From contig JBEKZI010000004.1 in assembly GCA_049510055.1 (NCBI GenBank), positions 1 to 58,133 on the forward strand: a DNA stretch of 58,133 bases. The letters run 5' to 3'. Below the pieces are notes generated by a model. The model was given only the letters and a program-made list of their open reading frames with translations, did not search any database and had not been told where the DNA came from. The position numbers and the translations under genes are program-made. The DNA is from Phycisphaerae bacterium (GTDB lineage: Bacteria; Planctomycetota; Phycisphaerae; SM23-33). How positions within the stretch are numbered: the stretch's first letter is position 1; the number at the start of each line of letters is the position of its first letter. Below, in pieces: positions 17,334-27,507 of this stretch.

Positions 17334-17567
17334 ATGAATAAGCAAGTCAACGTGCGACTGGAGCTGGGCCGGCGGCTGATACCGGCCGCCGAGGCGTGGC
17401 GGCTGGACATCGGCGGCGTAGTGGAGCTGGACCGCCAGGCCGATGACCGCGTGGACGTGTACGCCGACGGCCGGCTCGTCGCGCGCGGACAGCCCGTCGT
17501 GGTGAGCGGCAAGTTGGCTGTTCGCATCGAGGAAATCGTCTCGCCGTATGCAGGGTCGATCAGATGA
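17334..17567 (+). CDS. fliN: FliN-like SpoA-domain protein (77 aa, bare C-ring/sorting-platform domain)
   Basis: VRLELGRRLIPAAEAWRLDIGGVVELDRQADDRVDVYADGRLVARGQPVVVSGKLAVRIEEI matches the FliN/SctQ C-terminal SpoA pattern. Confidence 0.85.
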   Translation: MNKQVNVRLELGRRLIPAAEAWRLDIGGVVELDRQADDRVDVYADGRLVARGQPVVVSGKLAVRIEEIVSPYAGSIR

Positions 17568-18157
17568 AGGCAAACGAGCCCCCAATAACTCGTTGGATGG
17601 CTGCCGCGATGATAATCGCAATCTTTGGCGCCGCCACGATGTCGGCGGCCCAGGAACTTTCTGCCCAGACAGCCCCGCCGGCCTCGGCCACCGCGTCACA
17701 GCCTGCGGCGAGCAACCCACTGGAGAGCAAACCGCTGGCCCGCGGCGATCACGGCATCGCCGCCGGCGACCTGTGGAGTTGGGTGCGGCCCCTGGCGGCC
17801 TTGGCCGTCGTGGTCGCCGTGATCCTCCTGCTGCGGGCGGTGTTGAAGCGGCTCGGACGCAGTGGCCGGATTGCCATCGGCGGGCAGGTCGTACAGGTGC
17901 TGGTTCGCTCGCGGCTGACCTCCCGCTGCGAGCTTTGCCTGGTCCGGTGGGGCAAGCGGTTGCTGCTGATAGGTCTGGGTCCTGCCGGCCCGGTGGCCCT
18001 GGGCGAAATGAGCGATCCACAGGAGGCCGCCGCCGTGCTGGCTGAGTTGGAGTCGAAGTTGAAAAAACCCGCCGGCGCCGCAAGCGGCGAGGCGATCCGC
18101 GACGCGGCGGAAAGAATCCGTGCCCGCCTGTCAAACGACGAAAGGCTGCGCGGTTGA
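17564..18157 (+). CDS. fliO: Flagellar biosynthesis protein FliO (long form)
   Basis: TM helix (VRPLAALAVVVAVILLL) followed by VQVLVRSRLTSRCELCLVRWGKRLLLIGLGPAGPVAL, the FliO core. Sits between fliN and fliP. ATGA overlap with fliN. Confidence 0.75.
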   Translation: MKANEPPITRWMAAAMIIAIFGAATMSAAQELSAQTAPPASATASQPAASNPLESKPLARGDHGIAAGDLWSWVRPLAALAVVVAVILLLRAVLKRLGRSGRIAIGGQVVQVLVRSRLTSRCELCLVRWGKRLLLIGLGPAGPVALGEMSDPQEAAAVLAELESKLKKPAGAASGEAIRDAAERIRARLSNDERLRG

Positions 18158-18984
18158 TGCGAAGGAACGCACGTCATCCTGATTCGGCACGACGGCCCGG
18201 CGCGGCCTGGCTGCTGGCTGTCGGCGTTGCTGTCGCGATGCTGTCGGCCGGGGCCGCCTGGGCCGCAAGCGGCGGGGCGGCGGCGCCCCAATCCGCGCCG
18301 GCGGGCCTGCCCAAGGTCCTGCCGGACATGCAGAACCCCTCCACGATGAGCGGCCTGGTGCAGTGGCTGCTGCTGATTACGGTCCTGGCCGTCGCGCCGG
18401 CAGTGGCGGTGATGGTCACGTGCTTCACGCGGATCATCGTCGTGCTGGGGCTGCTGCGGCAGGCGCTGGCGACCCAGCAGCTCCCGCCCAATCAGATTCT
18501 CTTCGGCCTGGCGCTGCTGATGACGCTGGTGGTGATGGCCCCGACCTACATGGCCGTGCATCAGGACGCCGTGGCGCCCTACCTGGCGGGCAAGATGGGC
18601 TGGCAGGACGCCTGGGGGGCCGCCCAGAAAGACGTGCGGGCCTTCATGATCCGCCAGATCTCCTCCGCCGGCAACGAGCAGGACGTGTACCTGTTCCTGG
18701 GCAAGGACCAAGCCGGCCAAAGCAACCTGACCTGGAGTGACGTGCCGACGCTGTCACTGATCCCGGCCTTTGCGGTCAGCGAGTTGAAGGTGGCGTTCCT
18801 GATCGGCTTTCGAATCTATCTGCCGTTCCTGGTGATCGACATGCTCGTGGCCTCGATGCTGGTTTCGATGGGCATGCTGATGCTACCGCCGGTGCTGATC
18901 TCCATGCCGTTCAAGCTGCTGATGTTCGTGCTGGCCGACGGCTGGCACCTGGTGGTCGGCACGCTGATGAAAAGTTTCCAGTGA
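18157..18984 (+). CDS. fliP: Flagellar export gate protein FliP
   Basis: Signal peptide, then TCFTRIIVVLGLLRQALATQQLPPNQILFGLALLMTLVVMAP and VSELKVAFLIGFRIYLPFLVIDMLVASMLVSMGM. TGATG overlap with fliO. Confidence 0.95.
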   Translation: MRRNARHPDSARRPGAAWLLAVGVAVAMLSAGAAWAASGGAAAPQSAPAGLPKVLPDMQNPSTMSGLVQWLLLITVLAVAPAVAVMVTCFTRIIVVLGLLRQALATQQLPPNQILFGLALLMTLVVMAPTYMAVHQDAVAPYLAGKMGWQDAWGAAQKDVRAFMIRQISSAGNEQDVYLFLGKDQAGQSNLTWSDVPTLSLIPAFAVSELKVAFLIGFRIYLPFLVIDMLVASMLVSMGMLMLPPVLISMPFKLLMFVLADGWHLVVGTLMKSFQ

Positions 18985-19007
18985 ACAACGTGAGCAAGGA
19001 GTCGACC

Positions 19008-19265
19008 GTGGACGCAAGTCAAGCCATCGACCTCGCACGCCAGGCGGCCATGCTGACGCTGGTGATCGCCGCGCCGGTGCTGGTGGTGGGGCTGATCGTG
19101 GCGCTGCTGGTGGGCGTGCTCCAGGCGGCCACGCAGGTGCAGGAGCAGACGCTCAGCTTCGTGCCCAAGATGGCGGCCATGATGCTGGCGGCGTTGGTGG
19201 TCGGCCCGTGGATGCTGTCGCGCGTCGTGGAATTCGCCAAGGAGATGTTCGGCAAGCTGCCGTAA
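19008..19265 (+). CDS. fliQ: Flagellar export gate protein FliQ
   Basis: LQAATQVQEQTLSFVPKMAAMMLAALVVGPWM is the FliQ signature. AAGGAG lies 6 nt before GTG 19008. The tracked ORF starts at GTG 18981, overlapping the fliP stop. Confidence 0.9.
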   Translation: MDASQAIDLARQAAMLTLVIAAPVLVVGLIVALLVGVLQAATQVQEQTLSFVPKMAAMMLAALVVGPWMLSRVVEFAKEMFGKLP

Positions 19266-19271
19266 ATCGAC

Positions 19272-20054
19272 ATGGATATCGGTTCGCTCAATTCGGTGTG
19301 GGTGTACACGACGGTGCTGGTGATGGCCCGCTGCGGCGGGATCTTTTTGGTGGCGCCGGTGTTCGCCCACCCGGCCGTGCCGGTTCGCCTGCGCGTGGCC
19401 ATGAGCCTGGTGGTGGGCCTGGCCGCCGCGGGACGGTTGGCGGGCGCGGCGACCCTGCCGGCCCATTGGTTGGTCGCAGGCGGGGCGCTGGCGACCGAGT
19501 TTGCCATCGGGGCAGCCATCGGCTACCTGGCGCGGCTGATATTCGTCGGCGTGGAGTTGGCGGCCATGCACGTCGGCCAGCAGATGGGCCTGGCGCTGGC
19601 CGAGGTGTTCGACCCGCTGAAGGAAGAAAGCTCCGAGGCCGTCAGCCGCCTGCTTCAGCTCACGGCGCTGGTGGTCTTCCTGGCCATCGGCGGGCATCGG
19701 ACGCTGATCGCCGCCCTGCTGGGCACGTTTGACGTGCTGCCGGCGGGCCTGGCCGCGTCGGTGTCGTGCTCGGCGGCGATGAAGGCGGCGGTGACAATGC
19801 TCGCCATGAGCTTTGTCCTGGCGCTCAAGATCGCCGCCCCGGTGCTGATCGCCATCCTGGTGGTGACCGTGGCGGACGGCCTGCTCCAGAAGACCATGCC
19901 GCAGGTGAACATCCTGACGGTCGGCTTGCCGGTGCGGGCGATGCTGGGCCTGGCGGTATTGGCCGTGAGCCTGGCGGCGATGGCCCCGCTGCTGGAAGCG
20001 GCCGTGGGAGTCCTCACGCGGCAATGGGCCGTGGCATTCCCGGCGGTGCAGTAA
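19272..20054 (+). CDS. fliR: Flagellar export gate protein FliR
   Basis: 260-aa polytopic protein with FliR-like motifs (LVMARCGGIFLVAPVF, GYLARLIFVGVELAAMHVGQQMGL) in the canonical position. Confidence 0.9.
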   Translation: MDIGSLNSVWVYTTVLVMARCGGIFLVAPVFAHPAVPVRLRVAMSLVVGLAAAGRLAGAATLPAHWLVAGGALATEFAIGAAIGYLARLIFVGVELAAMHVGQQMGLALAEVFDPLKEESSEAVSRLLQLTALVVFLAIGGHRTLIAALLGTFDVLPAGLAASVSCSAAMKAAVTMLAMSFVLALKIAAPVLIAILVVTVADGLLQKTMPQVNILTVGLPVRAMLGLAVLAVSLAAMAPLLEAAVGVLTRQWAVAFPAVQ

Positions 20055-20066
20055 ACGAAAGAACAC

Positions 20067-20855
20067 ATGGCGGACCTGCGAGAACAGATTGGCGAGCGGA
20101 CCGAGATGCCGACCCCTCTGCGTCTGGCTGAGGCCAGGCGGCAAGGGCGCGTGCCGCGGAGCGGTGAGCTGGTCGCGGCGATTGTGTGCCTGGCAGCGGT
20201 AGTGGCGGCCATCGCGATGGGCGGCGGGCTGCTCCAGGCCGCCAAGCGTCTGGTGGCCGCGATGCTGGCCGAAGCGGGCGACGTCTCCGGCGGCGGTTCG
20301 ACTTCGCTCACCGAAATCTGGAGCGGCGACGTGGCCTCGGCCGCCTGGGCCCTGGCCGGCCGGGCTGGGCTGATGCTGCTGGTTGTCGTCGCCGCAGCCG
20401 TGGCGGCCAATATCGCACAGTTCGGCCTGCTGTTTGCCGGCGAGGTGGCGGAGCCGGACTTCGCTCGCCTGTCGCCGGTGGCCGGGGTGGGCAGGGTGCT
20501 GTCGCTTCGCTCCCTCGTGCGGGCGGCCCTGGGCATCGTCAAGGTGATCGCGGTCGCCGGCATCGCCTGGTCGGCAGTGCGGGCGGCCATGCCGCGATTG
20601 ATCTCCGCCGGAAACCTGTCCGCCGCCGACTGGGCCGCCTGGACCGCCCGAGAGGTCCTGACCACGGCCCTGTGGATCACCGCGGCGCTGCTGGCCGTAG
20701 CGTTGGTGGACCTGCTCTACCAGCGATGGCAGTACCTCCAGGACCTCAAGATGACCCGCCGAGAGTTCCTGGAAGACCTGCGAAAGATGGAAAGCACTGA
20801 GCGATTGCGCCGGCCCAGGCGACGGCAATCCCAAGGCACGAACGCATGGCGATGA
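20067..20855 (+). CDS. flhB: FlhB, transmembrane domain plus linker only (C-terminal NPTH autocleavage domain absent)
   Basis: N-terminus GERTEMPTPLRLAEARRQGRVPRSGEL, 4 TM segments and the linker KMTRREFLEDLRKMESTERLRRPRRRQ are FlhB-like. The ORF stops at 262 aa and flhA starts 10 nt before the stop. Confidence 0.85.
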   Translation: MADLREQIGERTEMPTPLRLAEARRQGRVPRSGELVAAIVCLAAVVAAIAMGGGLLQAAKRLVAAMLAEAGDVSGGGSTSLTEIWSGDVASAAWALAGRAGLMLLVVVAAAVAANIAQFGLLFAGEVAEPDFARLSPVAGVGRVLSLRSLVRAALGIVKVIAVAGIAWSAVRAAMPRLISAGNLSAADWAAWTAREVLTTALWITAALLAVALVDLLYQRWQYLQDLKMTRREFLEDLRKMESTERLRRPRRRQSQGTNAWR

Positions 20856-22954
20856 ATAGTCCAACACTCAAGACCGGCACAGTGGCCCGATACCAGGGGC
20901 TGATCCTGCCCGTCGCGGTGGCCGCGATGGTGCTGGTGATCCTGGTGCCGCTGCCGCCGGAGCTGATGAACGTCCTGCTGCTGGGCAATATTGCCTTGGC
21001 GGCGGTCATGCTGCTGATGACGATCTTCGTAGCCAGCCCGCTGGAGTTCAACGTGTTCCCCTCCCTGCTGCTGGGGGCCACGCTGCTGCGGCTGGTGCTG
21101 AACCTGGCGGCCACGCGGCTGATCCTGACCTGCGGGGCCGACGGGCAGACGCTCGAAGAAGCCCAGGGGGCCGCCGGCGGCGTGCTGTGGTCCTTCGGAC
21201 AGTTCGTGACGTCCGGCTCGTTGGCGGTGGGGGCGGTCCTGTTCATGATCTTGGTGATCGTGCAGTTCGTGGTGGTGACCAAGGGCGCCGCCCGCATCAG
21301 CGAAGTGGCTGCCCGCTTCGTGCTGGACGCGATGCCGGGCAAGCAGATGGCCATCGACGCCGACCTGGCCGCCTCGCTGATTACCCCGGCCCAAGCCCAG
21401 CAGCGGCGGCAGACCGTCGCGCGCGAGGCCGACTTCTACGGGGCCATGGACGGGGCGTCCAAATTCCTCCGCGGCGACGCTGTCGCGGGTGTCCTGGTCC
21501 TGCTGGTCAACGTCCTGGGCGGCCTGTACGTCGGCATGGTGCAATACCATTGGAACCTGGCCGCCACGGCGGACCTGTTCGTCCGCCTGACCATCGGCCA
21601 GGGGTTGGTGACGCAGGTTCCGGCGTTCCTCGTGGCTATCGCCGCGGCGCTGATCGTCTCGCGGAGCAACGTCGAGGCCGATCTGAGCAAGCAAGTCATT
21701 TCACAACTCACCGCCCGCCCGCTGGCGTTGGCGATTACGGCGGCCCTGCTGGGAGCGATGGCGCTGACGTCGCTGCCGAAATTGCCCCTGCTGCTGCTGA
21801 GCGGCGGATGCCTGGGCTTGGCGCTGCTCCTGCGTCGGCGACGCGAAGCAATACCGGACCACAAAGAAGCCGCCGAACCGGCGCCGCAGCCTGCGGCCCC
21901 GGCGGCGCAAAACCTCCGCGACCTGCTGGCCGTGGAGGCTATGCGGATTGATCTGGGCTTTGCACTGATCGGCCTGGTGGATTCGCCCCAGCCGGGCGGC
22001 CTGCTGAACCGTATCGCCGCCCTGCGTCGCCAGCTCGCCACGGAGTTGGGTATCATCCTGCCGCCCATCCGCATCCGCGATAACATGGACATAGACTCTC
22101 GCGGGTATGTCCTCTGCATCCGCGGGGCCAAGGTGGCCGGCGGCAAGCTGTATCCGCGGCAGGTCCTGGCCATCCCCGGCGCGCCGGGGGACGTTGGCGC
22201 GGCGCCCGACGCCTTGATGGGCCGGCCGGCGACGGATCCGACATTCGGCGGCGAGGCGATATGGATCAGCCCCTCCCATCGCCCGCAGGCGGAGGCGATG
22301 GGCTACGTGGTGGCCGACAGTACCGACGTGCTGATGACCCACCTGGCCGAGACCGTCCGCCGCCACGCGGCCGAGCTGCTGGGCCGCCAGCAGGTGGCGG
22401 ACCTGCTGGACAACCTCAAGGCGACCGCCGCCAGCCTGGTGGCCGAGGTCGCCGCCAAGCTGACGGCCGCGCAGATTCACAAGGTGCTCCAGAACCTCCT
22501 GCGGGAGCGAGTGTCCATCCGCAACCTGGAGGGCATCCTGGAGGCGCTGTGCGACGCCGCCAGCCAGACCAACCAGGTCGAGGCGCTCACCGAGCAGGTC
22601 CGATCCGCCCTGGGCCGGTCGCTGTGCCAGCAGTTCTGTGACCGCGACGGCAAGCTGCCGTGCGTCCATTTGTCGCCGGCCCTGGAGCAGGAATTGGGCG
22701 CCTACGCGGCCGAAGGGCCGGCCTACAGCGCCGCGGGCGTGCCCCCGGCCGTGGGCAAGGCCGTCTCCAAGGCGCTGAGCGACGGGCTGGCGTCGTTTCG
22801 CCGGCAAGGGCGGCGGCCGGTCATCGTCTGTGCGCCGCAGATTCGCCCGGTGGTCCGCAAGCTGCTCGCCGGCGCCGCGCCCGAGGCGGTCGTGCTGGGT
22901 TACAACGAAATTGACTCCGTGGAAGTGGAATCGCTTGCCAGTTTAGGAATCTAA
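20846..22954 (+). CDS. flhA: Flagellar export gate protein FlhA
   Basis: 702 aa. FHIPEP motifs VTKGAARISEVAARFVLDAMPGKQMAIDADL, FYGAMDGASKFLRGDAVAG and LVTQVPAFLVAIAAALIVSR, plus a large cytoplasmic C-domain. Confidence 0.96.
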   Translation: MAMNSPTLKTGTVARYQGLILPVAVAAMVLVILVPLPPELMNVLLLGNIALAAVMLLMTIFVASPLEFNVFPSLLLGATLLRLVLNLAATRLILTCGADGQTLEEAQGAAGGVLWSFGQFVTSGSLAVGAVLFMILVIVQFVVVTKGAARISEVAARFVLDAMPGKQMAIDADLAASLITPAQAQQRRQTVAREADFYGAMDGASKFLRGDAVAGVLVLLVNVLGGLYVGMVQYHWNLAATADLFVRLTIGQGLVTQVPAFLVAIAAALIVSRSNVEADLSKQVISQLTARPLALAITAALLGAMALTSLPKLPLLLLSGGCLGLALLLRRRREAIPDHKEAAEPAPQPAAPAAQNLRDLLAVEAMRIDLGFALIGLVDSPQPGGLLNRIAALRRQLATELGIILPPIRIRDNMDIDSRGYVLCIRGAKVAGGKLYPRQVLAIPGAPGDVGAAPDALMGRPATDPTFGGEAIWISPSHRPQAEAMGYVVADSTDVLMTHLAETVRRHAAELLGRQQVADLLDNLKATAASLVAEVAAKLTAAQIHKVLQNLLRERVSIRNLEGILEALCDAASQTNQVEALTEQVRSALGRSLCQQFCDRDGKLPCVHLSPALEQELGAYAAEGPAYSAAGVPPAVGKAVSKALSDGLASFRRQGRRPVIVCAPQIRPVVRKLLAGAAPEAVVLGYNEIDSVEVESLASLGI

Positions 22955-22957
22955 GTT

Positions 22958-24134
22958 ATGGAAACGAAAATCTACTGTGCTCCCTCGATGGCCCTGGCTC
23001 TGGCGGAGGTGAAGAAGGATCTCGGCCGGGACGCCGTGATTCTGCACACCCGGCAGTTCCGCAAGGGCGGACTGTTCGGCCTCGGCGGCCGAGCGATGTG
23101 GGAGGTCACCGCCTCGGCCCACGTAAACGTGCCGCAGCGCGTGCCGGCAGGACGATATGTCCCCGTGCCGTCGACGCCGGCCGGCGACGCGGCCGTCGCT
23201 CTTGACGCCACCAGCACGGTCGAACCGCTGGGTGACGTGCTGAGCCAGAGGATGGGCGAGATCCACAACATGGTGGCCCGGCTGCTGCGAGCCTCCAGCG
23301 GCTTGGCCGCCGGCCGATTGAGCTTGCCCCTGCCGGTGGCCATGCCTGAGGAGTTGGCCAGCTGGCGGGCGCACCTCCTGCGGCAGGAACTCGCGGAAGA
23401 GACAGTCTCCGAATTGTTAAGCCAACTCCAACAGGACCTCACGCCCGCCGAGATGTCGCAGGATTCGGCCGTGCGGGAGCGGCTGGTGGACCTGATCGCG
23501 TCGCGCATCCCCGCTTCGGACGTGAGCATTCCGGCGGCGACGGGCCGGCCCCGCGTGGTCGTCCTGGTCGGTCCGACGGGCGTGGGCAAGACGACGACCA
23601 TCGCCAAGCTGGCCGCCCGGCACAAACTGTCCGCCGGCCGGCGAGTGGGCCTGGTGACCATCGACACGTACCGCATCGCGGCCGTCGACCAGCTCAAGAC
23701 CTACGCCCAGATCATCGAGGTGCCGTTGCGGACGGTCCTGAGGCCGGCGGAGCTGGCCGAGGCGATTACGTCCATGGCGGGACTGGACGTGGTGCTCATC
23801 GACACCGCCGGCCGAAGCCCCACCGACGCTCCGCGGCTACGACAGATGCAGGAGTTTCTCCAGGCGGCCCAGCCGGATGAGGTGCACCTGGTCGTCTCGG
23901 TGACGGTGGGGCCGAGCTGCGCGGCACGCGTCCTTGAGAATTTTATGCCGCTCGGCGCCAACCGGTTGATCGTATCAAAGCTGGACGAAGCCAGCACCTT
24001 CGGCATGGTGCTGAACGTCGCCTCGGCGGCCAAGGCGGCGTTGAGCTTCGTGACCACAGGCCAAGAGGTTCCGGACGACATTGCTCCGGCCAACCCGCGA
24101 CGGTTGGCCGAATTAATTGTGGGAGAAGGGACGT

Positions 24135-24145
<11 letters not shown>
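22958..24145 (+). CDS. flhF: Flagellar biosynthesis SRP-type GTPase FlhF
   Basis: GPTGVGKTTTIAKLAA, DTYRIAAVDQL, IDTAGRS and SKLDE are G1-G4 of the SRP/FlhF family. Confidence 0.93.
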
Positions 24146-24986
<841 letters not shown>

Positions 24987-25078
24987 CAACTTCTAAAATA
25001 TGGAGTTATAGGCAAGGATGCCTCAAAAAACGTCCATATCCTCCCCAGAGAACCTCGAAAAAATCTTAAGAATTCCAG

Positions 25079-25106
25079 TTGACATGGACGTTGATATACA
25101 TAGAAT
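25079..25106 (+). promoter_or_regulatory. sigma70-type promoter of fliA
   Basis: TTGACA (25079-25084), 16 nt, TAGAAT (25101-25106), in a 235-bp AT-rich gap. Confidence 0.6.
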
Positions 25107-25129
25107 GGATAATATACATAATATGGATA
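25094..25129. repeat. Tandem 18-nt direct repeat overlapping the fliA -10 box
   Basis: ATATACATAGAATGGATA (25094-25111) is immediately followed by ATATACATAATATGGATA (25112-25129), 16/18 identical. Confidence 0.8.
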
Positions 25130-25220
25130 GTTTGGGAAATATCACTGAGTGGACTGGCTTCTGAGGACTCGAGGCTGGTTAGAGATAACCAAGGCGACCA
25201 TCCAAGGAGTGACAGCAACC

Positions 25221-26015
25221 ATGAGGATGAGCACTGTAAATACCGGCACAACGGATCAGGTCCAGCAATGGTGGAAGGCGTTCCGAAAGAACGGCGATCA
25301 GGAGTCGCGGAACCATCTCATGGAACACTACCTTCCGATCGTCAAATACACCGCCGAGCGGTTGTACTCCAAGCTGCCGGAGGAGGTAGACATTGACGAT
25401 TTGATTTCCACCGGCATCTTCGGGTTGATGGACGCCATCGCGGCCTTCGACGAGAAGCGCGGCGTGAAGTTCGAGACCTATTGCGCGCCGCGAATCCGCG
25501 GGGCCATGCTGGACGAGCTGCGCTCGATGGACTGGGTTCCGCGGCTGGTGCGCAGCCGGGCCCACAAGCTCAACGAGGCCAAGCACGAGCTGGAGGCGCA
25601 GCTCGGCCGCCGTCCCGACGAAGGGGAATTGGCCAAGAAGATGCGGATGCCCATGTACGAGTTCCGCAAGCTTCAGCGCGACGCCCGGGCGGTGGGGCTG
25701 GTCAGCCTCAGCCGCAAGTGGTTCGAGACCGACTCGAACAAGGATGTCCGCGAGATCGACGTGCTGGAGGACAAAAAGAGCGACGATCCGCTGCGGACGG
25801 CGACGCGAAAGGACATCAAGGACCTCATCACCCGCGGCCTCAGCCGGGCCGAGCGGCTCATCATCATCCTGTACTATTTCGAAGAGATGACCATGAAGGA
25901 AATCGGCGAGACGCTGGACCTGTCCGAAAGCCGCGTCAGCCAGATGCACTCGGCCATCCTGGAGCGGCTGCGCCGCCAGTTGGAGAAGCGGAAGAAAGAA
26001 CTGTCGGCGGTGTGA
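25221..26015 (+). CDS. fliA: RNA polymerase sigma-28 factor FliA/WhiG
   Basis: YLPIVKYTAERLYSKLP, DDLISTGIFGLMDAIAAFD (region 2), and ERLIIILYYFEEMTMKEIGETLDLSESRVSQMH (region 4). AAGGAG lies 11 nt before ATG 25221. Confidence 0.93.
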   Translation: MRMSTVNTGTTDQVQQWWKAFRKNGDQESRNHLMEHYLPIVKYTAERLYSKLPEEVDIDDLISTGIFGLMDAIAAFDEKRGVKFETYCAPRIRGAMLDELRSMDWVPRLVRSRAHKLNEAKHELEAQLGRRPDEGELAKKMRMPMYEFRKLQRDARAVGLVSLSRKWFETDSNKDVREIDVLEDKKSDDPLRTATRKDIKDLITRGLSRAERLIIILYYFEEMTMKEIGETLDLSESRVSQMHSAILERLRRQLEKRKKELSAV

Positions 26016-26038
26016 ATCGCCTGACTGTCTAAATCTAT

Positions 26039-26072
26039 GGCGCGGCGAGGCGAAGACCTCGCCGCGCTTTTA
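26039..26072 (+). terminator. Rho-independent terminator after fliA
   Basis: GGCGCGGCGAGG-CGAAGA-CCTCGCCGCGC followed by TTTTA. Confidence 0.8.
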
Positions 26073-26121
26073 TCATGACGGGGAAACCCTGTATAATGAC
26101 CGGTCTTGCAAGGAACCTGGT

Positions 26122-26958
<837 letters not shown>

Positions 26959-27026
26959 CCTCTCGCCTTGAGCCTGACCGCGGGGCGAATTAGAATCACT
27001 CACCTCAACGAGAAGGTGCAGCAGCT

Positions 27027-27479
27027 ATGATTATCGCCGATCTCAACACGATCGCAGGGCGGACCTACCCGGCCGGTAGGCGGACGCAGAACCTGGTGGG
27101 GGGGGCCTCGCCCATCCAGGCCCGCAACTTCTGCATGGGCTACGTGACGCTGGAACCCCGCGGTGGCCAGGTGCCCTGGCACAATCAGGACCAGGAAGAG
27201 GTGTACTTCATCGTCTCGGGGACCGGCGAGGTCTGCATCGGGCCGGAGCGGCAGGAGCTCCACGCCGGCCAGGCCGCGTACATCCCGCCGGGGCAATACC
27301 ATCAGTTGACCAACGTCGGCAGCCAGCCGCTGATCCTGATCTACTGCTACGGGCCGGCGGGCGACGTGGCCCACTGGCGTCAGGAACTGGACGGCACGCT
27401 GCCCCGGGCCGGCGTCCAGGCCCCGCCGCTGCCGGCGGGCGCCGCGCCGCAATACACCAAACCGCCCAAAAAGAAATGA
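27027..27479 (+). CDS. Cupin-domain protein
   Basis: Cupin motifs PWHNQDQEEVYFIVSGTGEV and AAYIPPGQYHQLTNVG. Pro-rich tail. Confidence 0.8.
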   Translation: MIIADLNTIAGRTYPAGRRTQNLVGGASPIQARNFCMGYVTLEPRGGQVPWHNQDQEEVYFIVSGTGEVCIGPERQELHAGQAAYIPPGQYHQLTNVGSQPLILIYCYGPAGDVAHWRQELDGTLPRAGVQAPPLPAGAAPQYTKPPKKK

Positions 27480-27507
27480 TCGGCCGGCTGTGGCCTAGGG
27501 AATCCCA

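Noticed and set aside
18816-20867. 683-aa minus-strand ORF antisense to fliP-fliQ-fliR-flhB. The same reasoning covers other long antisense ORFs: 15368-16777, 1886-3328, 49624-51444, 41967-43214, 29266-31497 (plus strand) and 12463-13716.
   Set aside because: All overlap strongly supported genes on the other strand. Their products have Arg/Gly/Pro/His-dominated low-complexity composition and lack any motif I recognise. I treated them as non-coding frame shadows.
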